From assembly GCA_964480775.1 (NCBI GenBank), contig CAYZRF010000010.1, forward strand, positions 1-32,000: a stretch of DNA of 32,000 nt. The letters are read 5' to 3'. The position numbers and the translations under genes were made by a program. Source of the stretch: an uncultured Nitrososphaerota archaeon. GTDB lineage: Archaea > Korarchaeota > Korarchaeia > Korarchaeales > Korarchaeaceae. Position 1 is the stretch's first letter. Every line of letters begins with the position of its first letter. A model generated the notes under the pieces. The model was not told the DNA's origin and made no database searches. It saw only the letters and a program-made list of their open reading frames with translations. Of this stretch, positions 22,857 through 32,000 are shown in pieces.

Positions 22857-23008
22857 TATTTTACCGATTTATCGTGGATGAGGGATCCATTTTCTGATGA
22901 AAGCCCTCACACGATAACAAATAGTTACTTCTAAATCCTGAGGATCGTTAGATATGATGATTAAAATAATTAAAGAATGGGAATTCCCCTCCACTTTAGG
23001 GAGTTTAA

Positions 23009-24010
23009 TTGATAGACAGCGACCTCATTCCCTCAAAAAATGCAGAAAACATTCTGTTAGATGTGGTGGGTCTTAAGACCTACTATACAACCTTGAGGGG
23101 ATATGTTAAGGCTGTTGACAACGTAAGCCTTAGGATTAGGAGAAAGGAGGCTTTAGGATTAGTTGGGGAATCTGGGTGCGGAAAAAGCACATTTGCTTTG
23201 ACCATAATGAGATTGCTTCCCTCAAACGGAAAGGTCATGGAAGGCTCGGCCTTTTTCGATGGAGAAGACATCCTATCTATAAAGGAGGAGAAATTTAGGA
23301 AGGAATATAGATGGAAACGTTTGGCCATGGTATTTCAAGGTGCGATGAACGCTCTAAATCCGGTTTACAGAGTAGGAGACCAGATTGCGGAGGCAATACT
23401 GGAACATGAGGATGTATCAAAGGAAGAAGCGATCGAAAGGGCGAGAGAGCTACTTTCTCTTGTGGGAGTCGATCCTGACAGGGTGAAGAGCTATCCTCAC
23501 GAGTTAAGTGGAGGGATGAAGCAAAGAGTCATGATAGCCATGGCATTGGCCTGCAGACCAGAGTTCCTAATAGCTGACGAACCCACAACGGCTCTCGACG
23601 TTATAGTTCAAGCGCAGGTCTTGAAATTAATTAAGAGGCTTCAGGAACAGCTTGGGCTTACTCTAGTGCTAATAACTCATGACTTATCTGTAGTTGCCGA
23701 AATCTGCGATCATGTTGCTGTGATGTATGCAGGAAAGATTGTAGAGATGGGGGACATAGTTTCTCTTTACAAAGATCCGAAACACCCGTACACTCAAGGC
23801 CTTATAGGATCCTTCCCAAGCATTAAAGGAGAGAGAAAAGAGCTTGTATCGATTCCAGGAGCTCCACCTCCATTGCTGAACCCCCCTAGCGGATGCAGAT
23901 TTCATCCCAGATGTCCTTATGCTAAGGACATATGCAGGGAGAAGGAGCCGGAATTAACTGAGATAGGAAAAGATCACTACGCGTTTTGCCATTTGCTTAG
24001 TAAAAGGTGA
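23009..24010 (+). CDS. oppD: Peptide/nickel ABC transporter ATP-binding protein (OppD/DppD type).
   Basis: GESGCGKST (Walker A), LSGGMKQR (signature), LIADEPTTALD (Walker B). C-terminal oligopeptide-type extension with CRFHPRCPY. Confidence 0.9.
   Translation: MIDSDLIPSKNAENILLDVVGLKTYYTTLRGYVKAVDNVSLRIRRKEALGLVGESGCGKSTFALTIMRLLPSNGKVMEGSAFFDGEDILSIKEEKFRKEYRWKRLAMVFQGAMNALNPVYRVGDQIAEAILEHEDVSKEEAIERARELLSLVGVDPDRVKSYPHELSGGMKQRVMIAMALACRPEFLIADEPTTALDVIVQAQVLKLIKRLQEQLGLTLVLITHDLSVVAEICDHVAVMYAGKIVEMGDIVSLYKDPKHPYTQGLIGSFPSIKGERKELVSIPGAPPPLLNPPSGCRFHPRCPYAKDICREKEPELTEIGKDHYAFCHLLSKR
23877..23968 (+). repeat. 92-bp perfect direct repeat, copy 1 (3' end of oppD).
   Basis: Identical to 24875-24966 by manual comparison. 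Encodes NPPSGCRFHPRCPYAKDICREKEPELTEIG. Confidence 0.85.
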
Positions 24011-25002
24011 GAGTTATGGAGAATAAGGAACCATTGGTCAAGGTCATTGACCTTAAGAAGTGGTTTCCAGTTAGGAAAGGCATTGGTTTCCTTGGGAAGA
24101 GGGAATACGTCAGAGCAGTTGACGGAGTAACCTTCCACATCAACGAGGGAGAGGTTTTCGGATTAGCTGGAGAATCTGGGTGCGGAAAAACGACCACTGG
24201 AAGGACTATCCTCAGGCTAGTTGAGCCGACTAACGGAGAAGTTTACTTTGACGGTCAGAATATTTTCGAAAAGGAGGAGGAAGAACTTAGGAAGCTTAGG
24301 AAGAAGATGCAGATAATATTCCAGGATCCTTACGAGTCTCTCAGTCCAAGGATGACGATATTTGACATAATCTCTGAGCCAATAAGGGTTCACAAGCTCG
24401 TTCAGTCATATGAGGAACAGATTGAACTCGTCTCGAGGTCGCTTGAAAGGGTCGAGCTTGTTCCTCCAGAAGAGTTCTTGCATAGATACCCCCACGAGTT
24501 AAGCGGGGGACAAAGACAAAGGGTAGCCATTGCAAGAACCCTCGTCCTCAATCCGAAATTCATAGTCGCTGACGAACCTGTGTCTATGCTCGACGTATCC
24601 ATAAGAGCTGGAATTCTGAAGCTCATGCTAAAGCTTAGAGATGAGATGGGGATATCCTATCTCTTCATAACTCATGATCTGGCGACGGCTCGCCATGTCT
24701 GCGATAGACTTGCCATAATGTACTTAGGAAAAATCGTTGAGATGGGAAGCGTAGAAGATCTCGTAAAGAAGCCTATACACCCATATACTGAGGCTCTGCT
24801 GGCCGCAGTACCGGTGCCAGACCCGACGGCTGAAAGGATCAAGGTAATAATTTCTGGAGAAGTTCCAAGCTCAGTGAACCCCCCTAGCGGATGCAGATTT
24901 CATCCCAGATGTCCTTATGCTAAGGACATATGCAGGGAGAAGGAGCCGGAATTAACTGAGATAGGAGATGGGAGATCTGTTGCCTGCCATCTGAGGGTTT
25001 AG
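24007..25002 (+). CDS. oppF: Peptide/nickel ABC transporter ATP-binding protein (OppF/DppF type).
   Basis: GESGCGKTT, LSGGQRQR, IVADEPVSMLD, CRFHPRCPY. 4-nt overlap with oppD. Confidence 0.9.
   Translation: MRVMENKEPLVKVIDLKKWFPVRKGIGFLGKREYVRAVDGVTFHINEGEVFGLAGESGCGKTTTGRTILRLVEPTNGEVYFDGQNIFEKEEEELRKLRKKMQIIFQDPYESLSPRMTIFDIISEPIRVHKLVQSYEEQIELVSRSLERVELVPPEEFLHRYPHELSGGQRQRVAIARTLVLNPKFIVADEPVSMLDVSIRAGILKLMLKLRDEMGISYLFITHDLATARHVCDRLAIMYLGKIVEMGSVEDLVKKPIHPYTEALLAAVPVPDPTAERIKVIISGEVPSSVNPPSGCRFHPRCPYAKDICREKEPELTEIGDGRSVACHLRV
24875..24966 (+). repeat. 92-bp perfect direct repeat, copy 2 (3' end of oppF).
   Basis: Identical to 23877-23968. Confidence 0.85.
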
Positions 25003-25112
25003 TTTCGATGTGTTGGTCAATTGAAATTCCTAAGATTTCCAGAAAACTTGGTAGAATTCATAGAACTTTTTCATTCAACTCGCTCGTGATAAGTAGGTTT
25101 CTATGGTTCTTC

Positions 25113-25532
25113 TTACGGGTTATCTTGCACTTTTTCTCCTGAGATATCGCTTATGGTCGATTTTAGGAAATTGAGAAGCCTATTTTCCTTTAGAGTATTA
25201 ATTTTATCACTTTTTGGAGCTTCTAAGTCCAACTCCGCCATATAGTGTTTTATGGATATGCAAACCAAGACCTTTTTCTCCTCAGTCTCATTTGCACTTA
25301 TTTCAACTCCAATGCGGTTTCTCAATAAAACTGGCCCAAATAAAGTGACGATGTTCACTGCCCAGAGGGGAATCCTTTTTCCTTCTATAGCTGTGAGCGA
25401 GAAACCAGTAGGTGTGTGCTTCTCCTCGACTACATTTAAGCCTATTTTGTGTAAGGTATCTTTCAGAATCCTCTCTACAGCCGAGATTTTTACGTTTTCT
25501 AACATTAATTCGGCTGAAGACATGAACACCAC
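25113..25532 (-). CDS. Hypothetical protein (139 aa) downstream of oppC.
   Basis: ORF in an operon-like position 12 nt after oppC. No recognisable motif. Confidence 0.55.
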   Translation of the reverse strand: MVFMSSAELMLENVKISAVERILKDTLHKIGLNVVEEKHTPTGFSLTAIEGKRIPLWAVNIVTLFGPVLLRNRIGVEISANETEEKKVLVCISIKHYMAELDLEAPKSDKINTLKENRLLNFLKSTISDISGEKVQDNP

Positions 25533-25544
25533 AACTTCCAGAAC

Positions 25545-26447
25545 CTATCTTCTCCTTAGCCTTGGATTGACTATTATCTCCAAGGCCTGACCCACAAGCA
25601 TGAGACCTGTGACGAATGTCGCAATGCACAGGCCTGGAGGAATTATCCACCACCAGCAGGGCTTACCTTTGTTGGCCCACCATCCCCCTGTCGTTTGTGC
25701 GTAGTGCAACATCATGCCCCAGCTCTTGTGACTTGGATCTCCAAGACCTAAGAAGCTAAGGCTGGCCTCAGCCATCATTGCTCCAGCCGCCTGGTAAACA
25801 GCAGAAGATATCACCAGCGGAAGCACATTTGGAAGTATGTGGTTGATCATTATGTGAGGATCTGTCGCGCCTATGGCTCTCGCCGCTTCAACGAATGCCC
25901 TTTCCTTAAGGGAGAGCGTCATCGATCTGACTAATCTTGCAAGGCCTGGCCAAGACGTCAGTGTTATCGCCAATATTAGAACGTAGAACTTACCTGTTCC
26001 CAAAAGAGAGGCAAGCAAGATCATCAGAGGCAATGTCGGTAGTACCAACACTATATCACAAATCCTCATCAGTATCTCGTCTACTACTCCTCCATAATAG
26101 CCAGCAATAAGGCCGATTATCGTCCCTACGCTTACGACGCATATTGAGGCTAAAAAGCCCACCAGAAGAGAAACCCTTGAGCCATATATCAGTTCTGAGA
26201 AGATATCTTGCCCAATATCATTCGTGCCGAGAATGTGCTTTCCGCTAGGCGGTAACAAGAAATCGTCAACCCTTTTGTATGGGTTATAGGGTGCAATGAA
26301 TGGCGCGAACACCGCCATTATGACAAAAAGAGAGACGATTATTAAGCCGAGCATTCCAGCCTTGTTGTGGATGAATAGAAACATTCCTGACTTGAACTTC
26401 TCCTTCCAGATCTTGATTCTGTCCCTCCAGGCTTGTGGTAGTTTCAT
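25545..26447 (-). CDS. oppC: Peptide ABC transporter permease (OppC/DppC type).
   Basis: Polytopic protein. EAARAIGA----I---ILPN is the EAA-loop motif of binding-protein-dependent permeases. Confidence 0.9.
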   Translation of the reverse strand: MKLPQAWRDRIKIWKEKFKSGMFLFIHNKAGMLGLIIVSLFVIMAVFAPFIAPYNPYKRVDDFLLPPSGKHILGTNDIGQDIFSELIYGSRVSLLVGFLASICVVSVGTIIGLIAGYYGGVVDEILMRICDIVLVLPTLPLMILLASLLGTGKFYVLILAITLTSWPGLARLVRSMTLSLKERAFVEAARAIGATDPHIMINHILPNVLPLVISSAVYQAAGAMMAEASLSFLGLGDPSHKSWGMMLHYAQTTGGWWANKGKPCWWWIIPPGLCIATFVTGLMLVGQALEIIVNPRLRRR

Positions 26448-27415
26448 CCAACCCTCACCCTAGGATCAAGATAAGCATATAGAAGATCCGCTATCAGATT
26501 GGCGACTAAAACACAAACGGATGTTATGAAGAAGGCACCCTGAAGCAAGAAGTAATCCGAGTTTATTATGGCCTCATAGATCAGGCGTCCAGTTCCAGGA
26601 TAGGAAAAAACTGTTTCTGTCAATATGGCCCCGTTTACCATGAAGCCGAACCTAAGGGCTGTAACCGTAACCATAGGCAAAAGCGAGTTCCTAACAGCGT
26701 GTCTGAAAAGTATCTTTCTATTCGTAAGGCCTTTCGCCTTAGCTGTGGATATGAAATCTTCTCCCAGAACCTCTAATGTTGCGCTTCTCATGTATAGCAT
26801 GTACATCCCTATTTGTCTTACAACCAGCGTTGTAAGAGGTAACGCCGCATGCCAGAACAAGTCTTTTAGAAAGTCAAACGTACTGGTATGTTTAACGCCG
26901 GGCGAAAGGGCACCAAAAAGTGGGAAAATTGGAAAATAAAACGCAAAAATCAGCATCAAAACCATACCTAACCAAAAGTGTGGGGTTGATCTAACAAACA
27001 GGGCCATATTCGTGGCTATCAAATCAAACCTGGTCCCCCTCTTCCAAGCGGTGTATGCGCCCAAGAGAACTGCTCCTATTGTTGAGAGGATTATGCTTGT
27101 TGTCAGCAGAAAGAGGGTCCATGGGAGTTTTTGCTTAATTACGTCAAAGACGGGCTGTAGGTAATTTACAGAATACCCAAACTCCCCTTGAAACATTGAT
27201 TTTATGAAATTAAGATATTGAACTATGAGGGGCTTATCTAATCCCCACTTTGCCCTCAACCTTTCCACGGCTTCCCTTGGAATTCTTGGGTCTTGTTCTA
27301 TCAACTCGGCAAATGGATCTCCTGTTGCTCTGGCAAGAAAGAAGATGGCTGACATTACAAGTAGAAAAGTTACGAAGAGAGACAGCGCACGCACCGCTAT
27401 GAACGATAGCCTCAA
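26444..27415 (-). CDS. oppB: Peptide ABC transporter permease (OppB/DppB type).
   Basis: Polytopic protein. DFISTAKAKGL-----LFRHAVRNSLLP is the EAA-like loop. The C-terminus DLLYAYLDPRVR is typical of OppB. Confidence 0.9.
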   Translation of the reverse strand: MRLSFIAVRALSLFVTFLLVMSAIFFLARATGDPFAELIEQDPRIPREAVERLRAKWGLDKPLIVQYLNFIKSMFQGEFGYSVNYLQPVFDVIKQKLPWTLFLLTTSIILSTIGAVLLGAYTAWKRGTRFDLIATNMALFVRSTPHFWLGMVLMLIFAFYFPIFPLFGALSPGVKHTSTFDFLKDLFWHAALPLTTLVVRQIGMYMLYMRSATLEVLGEDFISTAKAKGLTNRKILFRHAVRNSLLPMVTVTALRFGFMVNGAILTETVFSYPGTGRLIYEAIINSDYFLLQGAFFITSVCVLVANLIADLLYAYLDPRVRVG

Positions 27416-27505
27416 ATTATGCCCACCTTCAGGGGAGACCCAGGACCTGTTTTATAAAAAAATTGATTAAAAAAGGGAAAGGGGGCCCTTGGTGGATTTC
27501 CCCAC

Positions 27506-29326
27506 TTACTTCTTTTTCATCACAGCGAATGCAAGGGCAATTACTGCTACGAGAATTGCGGCTCCTGTGACTATTGGTCCATATTGCTCCCAGAACGTTG
27601 GCGGCGGAGGAGTCGTTTCAGGTGGCTTGTAAAGTTCCTTTTCCTTCTCCTTGAGATACACATTCCACCAAGACCACTGGTTATCTACTCCGTCCTGTAT
27701 TGGGAGGACCCATCCTGCAAACTTGTCAGTTCTGTATGGGCTAACGAAGTTCCTGTGGTACAGCACGATAAATGGAACTTCCTCTGCAAGAATCTCTTGC
27801 ATCTTCTTTACGTATTCTGCCCTCTTCTCAAAGTTCAATTCTCTAGCCTGAGCCTCAGCAAGTTCATCGAAAGTTGCGTTTATGAAGCCGTAGTAGTTCG
27901 GGTTCGGAATGGCGCTTGAGTGGAACCTAAACCTCAAAATGTCTGGGCTTCCTATTCCTAGTCCAGATCCAAGTAGCCAGCTATCTATCTTGTGCGGTGA
28001 ATCTAGCGGGGCCTTTATCCTGCTCCAGAGAGTCTTCCATTCTTGGTACACTACGTGGCACTTTATTCCGCCGCCAGGAATCTCAGCAAGCCAGTCCCTT
28101 ATCATCTCAGCAGCTCTTACCCTGACGGGATCGTACGTTGGAGGTCCTATCTCGAAGTCAATTTCTTCTCCATTCGGACCCTCTCTCCATCCATCACCAT
28201 CGCTGTCTACAAATCCTAGGCGGTCCAATATTTCTGCGGCCTTCGATAGGTTGAATTCGTAGGCGTCAACTCCGCATTTCGGATCTGGGTTAAGCCAGTG
28301 GTCCCACATCTCGGTTGGCGGATACACTCCAAACCTTCCAGGTCTTCCGTAGCCGTGGAGTAGAGTTGTCACAATCTCCCTCTTGTCCACACAATGGGCC
28401 AGTGCGTGCCTGAACTCCTTGATGTTGAACGGGAACTTCTGGTTGTTGAATCCCCAGTGGTACATTGTTCCAGACTTGTATATGTGTACGCCTATGTTCG
28501 GATTCTCTAGGAGGCTTGGCACTGCCTCGACAGGCACTACCCAGGTGAACACGTCGATTTCTCCTTTTTGAAGGGCTAAGAGCATTGCATCTGGGCTTGT
28601 TATTACCGGCATCAGAAGCTCATCTATGTATGGTCTGCCCTTGAAGAAGTTCTCGTTTGCCACATACTTAGCATATTGCCCAGGTACATATTCTACGAGC
28701 TTGAATGGGCCATTTCCTACTTGCAACACCTCTATCGGAGGCTTGTACGTTAACGGGTCAAAATCTGACTGCTTAACTATCGGCTCCCAGATGTGTTTTG
28801 GCACGATGGGATAGGTCAAAACCTCTGTCACAAGATCCGGGTATGGTATGTTTAGGTGCAGCTTAATTGTGTAGTCGTCGACCACTTCAGTTCTGTTTAT
28901 GGCAGTCCAAAGGTCAGACCATCTTGGATACTGTACCTCTATGCAGTGCATGTAGGTGAAGTCAACGTCCGCTGCGGTGAAAGGAGTCCCATCGTGCCAT
29001 GTCGCATTTTTAACGAGGTGTATAGTCCAGACCATCCCATCTTCTGAGGATTCCCAGCTCTCTGCCAACCAGGGAACTGGTAAGTTGTTGGCATCTAACA
29101 TTACCAGCGGGTCATAAATTGGATCTAGGAAAACGAAGCTCCATGTAGATGCTCTCGTGAAGACGCTAAATTCCGAGGGATCTGAAGGCAATGGGTTTAC
29201 TAGAGTTCCACCGAAGAAAGCTGGTTCCCTTGGCACACCTGACTTTGGTATCTCTCCCATCTCTTGAGCTGTGGATGGTGGCATTGGAGGAAGGAACAGA
29301 AGGACTGCTATCAGAGGAACCAGCAA
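27506..29326 (-). CDS. oppA: Extracellular peptide-binding protein (SBP family 5) with an archaeal-type C-terminal TM anchor.
   Basis: Size and WHDG-PFTA-DV motif. C-terminal TTPPPP linker plus TM segment AAILVAVIALAFAV. The N-terminus is uncertain (see findings). Confidence 0.85.
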   Translation of the reverse strand: MLVPLIAVLLFLPPMPPSTAQEMGEIPKSGVPREPAFFGGTLVNPLPSDPSEFSVFTRASTWSFVFLDPIYDPLVMLDANNLPVPWLAESWESSEDGMVWTIHLVKNATWHDGTPFTAADVDFTYMHCIEVQYPRWSDLWTAINRTEVVDDYTIKLHLNIPYPDLVTEVLTYPIVPKHIWEPIVKQSDFDPLTYKPPIEVLQVGNGPFKLVEYVPGQYAKYVANENFFKGRPYIDELLMPVITSPDAMLLALQKGEIDVFTWVVPVEAVPSLLENPNIGVHIYKSGTMYHWGFNNQKFPFNIKEFRHALAHCVDKREIVTTLLHGYGRPGRFGVYPPTEMWDHWLNPDPKCGVDAYEFNLSKAAEILDRLGFVDSDGDGWREGPNGEEIDFEIGPPTYDPVRVRAAEMIRDWLAEIPGGGIKCHVVYQEWKTLWSRIKAPLDSPHKIDSWLLGSGLGIGSPDILRFRFHSSAIPNPNYYGFINATFDELAEAQARELNFEKRAEYVKKMQEILAEEVPFIVLYHRNFVSPYRTDKFAGWVLPIQDGVDNQWSWWNVYLKEKEKELYKPPETTPPPPTFWEQYGPIVTGAAILVAVIALAFAVMKKK

Positions 29327-29427
29327 TAGACTCTTTTTAGACAGGCGAACTCACCTCTGAGGGTTGGGTGAATCGTTTATCTTAAAAAAATGACTTCCGA
29401 TGGGTTAAAATTTTTGAAATGTTTCTT

Positions 29428-29817
29428 TTATCTGTTCTTAACAAGAAAAGCGAATATTTCAGAAATGACTGTGAAAAATGAAACCACAATTATGCTTCTG
29501 AGAACTTTAAGCATGTTAAAAAATTCAAATATTGAGGCGTAGCTTTTATCCAGTATTCCCAAGAGAACTGGGAGATCCAAAGTCAGGAAAACAAGAGTTG
29601 ATAGGAAGAAAAGGAAGGCTATACTCACCAACAAGCCTTTTTTTGGTCCGGTAGTCCAGCCTATGTGTATTCCTACCGCAATTGGAATTATTATAGTGAA
29701 GAATTCCGCTGGAACTCCATAAACTATTGTACTTAAATGGGCACAGTTGGCTATTACTGCCCAACATAGCGGTAGGAAAAGGAAACGGATTCCTTGTAGA
29801 AACCTCTGATATGCCAT
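29428..29817 (-). CDS. Small polytopic membrane protein.
   Basis: Four hydrophobic segments in 129 aa. Confidence 0.6.
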   Translation of the reverse strand: MAYQRFLQGIRFLFLPLCWAVIANCAHLSTIVYGVPAEFFTIIIPIAVGIHIGWTTGPKKGLLVSIAFLFFLSTLVFLTLDLPVLLGILDKSYASIFEFFNMLKVLRSIIVVSFFTVISEIFAFLVKNR

Positions 29818-29874
29818 GTAAGTTCAATGGTAATATATTTCCACTTTAAATGTTAAATGTTAGTGTGAGCATAG

Positions 29875-30339
29875 ATGGCTAAGAGCAACCTGTTCTTGAT
29901 CTTAATAACGCTTATTTCCTTGGTATTCACGATTCAGATGGCCCACACCTATGTTAAAACTTATAGAAAGATTATGCAAACGGAGATCTTGGTCTCCTTC
30001 GAGAACGTTGAGTTTGAAGATGAAACACTCTTAGTTTCACTGGTCCTCCACATAAAGGCTGGAGGAGCTGAGATCTCACCAGACAAGCTAGAGTATTACC
30101 TTTATCTTAACGATAAGTATCTTATGAAGGATTCCATTGAACAGATACCCCAACTAGATCCTTGGGAAGAGGTTTCATTCAACAGAACTCTGATGATTCC
30201 AAAGGAGAGGATGTTTACAATCAAGGAAGCAATGGAAATATCGAAATGGAATTGGCGCGTTTCAGGATCTCTGTTCACGCAAACGATATATGGAGAGACT
30301 CTGATAAGGTTCTGGTCTTCAGGCGTTTTAGCTCCTTAA
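29875..30339 (+). CDS. N-terminally anchored hypothetical protein (possibly a LEA_2/WHy-like beta-sandwich).
   Basis: TM segment LFLILITLISLVFTI followed by a beta-rich domain of about 120 aa. The family assignment is weak. Confidence 0.6.
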   Translation: MAKSNLFLILITLISLVFTIQMAHTYVKTYRKIMQTEILVSFENVEFEDETLLVSLVLHIKAGGAEISPDKLEYYLYLNDKYLMKDSIEQIPQLDPWEEVSFNRTLMIPKERMFTIKEAMEISKWNWRVSGSLFTQTIYGETLIRFWSSGVLAP

Positions 30340-30358
30340 GAACTGCCTGGCATTATCG

Positions 30359-31840
30359 TTAAGGTTTGTTTTTGGAATTTGAAAAGCCGTCTTCTAGCTC
30401 TCTAATTCTTCTTTCAATGTCATCAAGTCTAGATAAAATCTCTCTAAGCGTTTTTTGATCCACAGAAAGTTCTTTAGAGCCAAAGCTATAGATTTCGGTT
30501 AGTTCAAGGATCTTTATGGAGCTATTGGAGAGATATGGATCTTTTTTGAGGATCTCCCCTAAGTTCTCTAGGGCTTCAGGATCTCCATGATGCAGTATTA
30601 TAGTATTTGGCCTCACAGAGCGTGCATATAGTCTGAGATCGTTAGCAGCCCCGTGACCGCTGAATCCCTCTATAATATCCACTTCACACCTGATCTCAAC
30701 CTCTTCCTTGATCCAATCAAACTTCTCAGTTGGAACATGTAGTTCTACCTTCCTTTCTCCCTTTGACAGCTTTTCGCCAACGGTATCCTCTCCTTGATGG
30801 CCTACCAGTATCACCTTGTTCTCTTCACAGCTTGCTATTTCTTTTAGGTAATAAGGGGACCAGCCTCCTTCAAGCATCCCGCTTGGTGCAAGAATCACGC
30901 ACGATTCCTTGGATTTAGCAATTTTCTTCCTAAGTCTCATGTCGCTAACAGGTTCTATACCGTCTATAAAGGGGTTTGACCGAGTAAGGCACACCTCCCT
31001 TATTAAAGGATCGCTTAGGTACGAAGTAAACCTCCAATAAAACCAAGTTGCATCTTTTAGCAAGCCGTCATAGAAAACTTTGCACCCTAAGTTTGCCTTT
31101 CTGAGCATTCTCATGACTTTCTGTCCCCTTCCAACGGAAAAAGATGGAATCAATACCTTTCCTCCTTTCTTAAGCGTCTCAGTAATAGATGATATCAACC
31201 TCCTCTTGGCCTCTCTGAGGCTAGGGTGTTGAAGAGTAAGGCCGTAGGTGGACTCCAACAATAGAACGTTCGTTCCTTCTACTGGTTCTGGTGGATTGAG
31301 GTGTTCTGCTCTTCCAGGGGCCCCGAGATTTCCAGTGTAGACCACCTTCTTCCCATGCGCCTTAACTGCAATTAAGCAGCTACCTAGAATGTGTCCAGCC
31401 TCGTATAACTTGATTTCAAGGTCTCCTATCTTGAAATCCCTGTGAAGGTTGACCGTTTTAACGGAAGCAAGGGTCTTGGATATGTGTTCGTGCTGATAAA
31501 GATCCTCTATCCCTAATTCATGCCACTGCCTTAATGCCAGAGTGTATGAGTCAGGAAGCAATATGGAAGCCAAAGCCAGGGTTGGAGGCGTTGCGAAAAT
31601 TCCTTTGAAATTGCTGGACACTAAGTTCTTTGAGAATAGAAGAGGGGTCGCTCCAATGTGGTCTATGTGGGCATGAGACCATATCACTGCGTCTATGGGG
31701 GGCAAATCCTCGAAGACTGGATACTTCGTCGGTTTCGTGCTTTTTAAACCGCAATCAAGGAGAATAGAGGTTTTTTCTGTGCTTAAGAGCACACAAGACC
31801 TTCCTACTTCCTTTGCTCCCCCCAAGAATCTTAGTTCCAT
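30359..31840 (-). CDS. Metallo-beta-lactamase / beta-CASP ribonuclease (aCPSF2-like) with a C-terminal coiled-coil tail.
   Basis: MELRFLGGAKEVGRSCVLL, WSHAHIDHIG (HxHxDH), GHILGS, and C-terminal HHGD. The ATG at 31840 is preferred over the ORF-track TTG at 31909. Confidence 0.85.
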   Translation of the reverse strand: MELRFLGGAKEVGRSCVLLSTEKTSILLDCGLKSTKPTKYPVFEDLPPIDAVIWSHAHIDHIGATPLLFSKNLVSSNFKGIFATPPTLALASILLPDSYTLALRQWHELGIEDLYQHEHISKTLASVKTVNLHRDFKIGDLEIKLYEAGHILGSCLIAVKAHGKKVVYTGNLGAPGRAEHLNPPEPVEGTNVLLLESTYGLTLQHPSLREAKRRLISSITETLKKGGKVLIPSFSVGRGQKVMRMLRKANLGCKVFYDGLLKDATWFYWRFTSYLSDPLIREVCLTRSNPFIDGIEPVSDMRLRKKIAKSKESCVILAPSGMLEGGWSPYYLKEIASCEENKVILVGHQGEDTVGEKLSKGERKVELHVPTEKFDWIKEEVEIRCEVDIIEGFSGHGAANDLRLYARSVRPNTIILHHGDPEALENLGEILKKDPYLSNSSIKILELTEIYSFGSKELSVDQKTLREILSRLDDIERRIRELEDGFSNSKNKP

Positions 31841-32000
31841 ATCTTGAAGGTTGTGTTGGCATTCCAAATAATGTATACCTAAGTAAGATCTCTTATCCAA
31901 TCTATGCAAGATCCTAATGGTGGAGAAGGCTACTCAAAAAAATTCAAAAGGAGTAATGGAGTAAGAATTCCTCTTGACTATGATATTGACCATGATGACC

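Noticed and set aside
22871-22947. C/D-box sRNA-like arrangement (GGATGA ... CTGA / TGATGA ... CTGA) upstream of oppD.
   Set aside because: The C box is imperfect, D' and C' overlap, and the C'-to-D spacer is about 37 nt rather than about 12 nt. There is no terminal stem.
22391-31754. Remaining short ORFs inside tatD, oppD/F, oppC/B/A, the 129-aa and 154-aa membrane protein genes and the beta-CASP gene (for example 22391-22654, 23083-23328, 23684-23905, 23997-24197, 24341-24626, 25252-25653, 26625-26939, 27225-27470, 27584-29047, 29546-29827, 30162-30362, 30730-30918, 31551-31754).
   Set aside because: They are antisense or alternative-frame ORFs within genes that carry strong family signatures.
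1-32000. Scan for CRISPR arrays, rRNA, IS elements or transposases, and known defence-system hallmarks (Cas, restriction/modification motifs, toxin-antitoxin pairs).
   Set aside because: No regularly spaced repeats, no rRNA-like sequence, and no DDE, tyrosine or serine recombinase motifs were recognised. Only isolated RHH/wHTH genes are present, with no adjacent toxin candidate.

Overview
Archaeal-looking window: GGTGA-type Shine-Dalgarno sites, oligo-T tracts after genes, a C-terminally membrane-anchored OppA, and many RHH/wHTH regulators. It splits into two parts. (1) Positions 1 to about 11.6 kb form a block of ORFans with different amino-acid and codon usage from the rest (Gln-rich, few Glu/Lys-rich stretches). 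It holds two tightly coupled minus-strand operons. One (7617->710) looks like a virion-morphogenesis or envelope module: three signal-peptide plus C-terminal-TM surface proteins (one lectin/Ig/CarboxypepD_reg-like, one with a metzincin HExxHxxGxxD motif), small TM proteins, two paralogous small basic proteins, and a Zot-like P-loop NTPase fused to a wHTH. The other (11335->8333) is a regulatory or replication-like module rich in wHTH and Cys-rich proteins. I read this block as a putative integrated, possibly novel membrane-containing archaeal virus or plasmid-like element. No integrase, tRNA or att repeat is visible in the window, and the block may continue past the left edge. (2) Positions about 11.66-32 kb are ordinary chromosomal genes: RHH-wHTH regulator, membrane proteins, secreted metallophosphoesterase, MFS transporter, thioredoxin reductase, Fumble-type kinase plus S-component-like membrane protein, AbrB-PhoU regulator, THEP1 NTPase, TatD, a split convergent Opp/Dpp peptide ABC transporter, and a beta-CASP RNase. 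I recognised no rRNA, tRNA, CRISPR array, transposase or integrase. All functional calls rest on motif recognition by eye; no searches were run.
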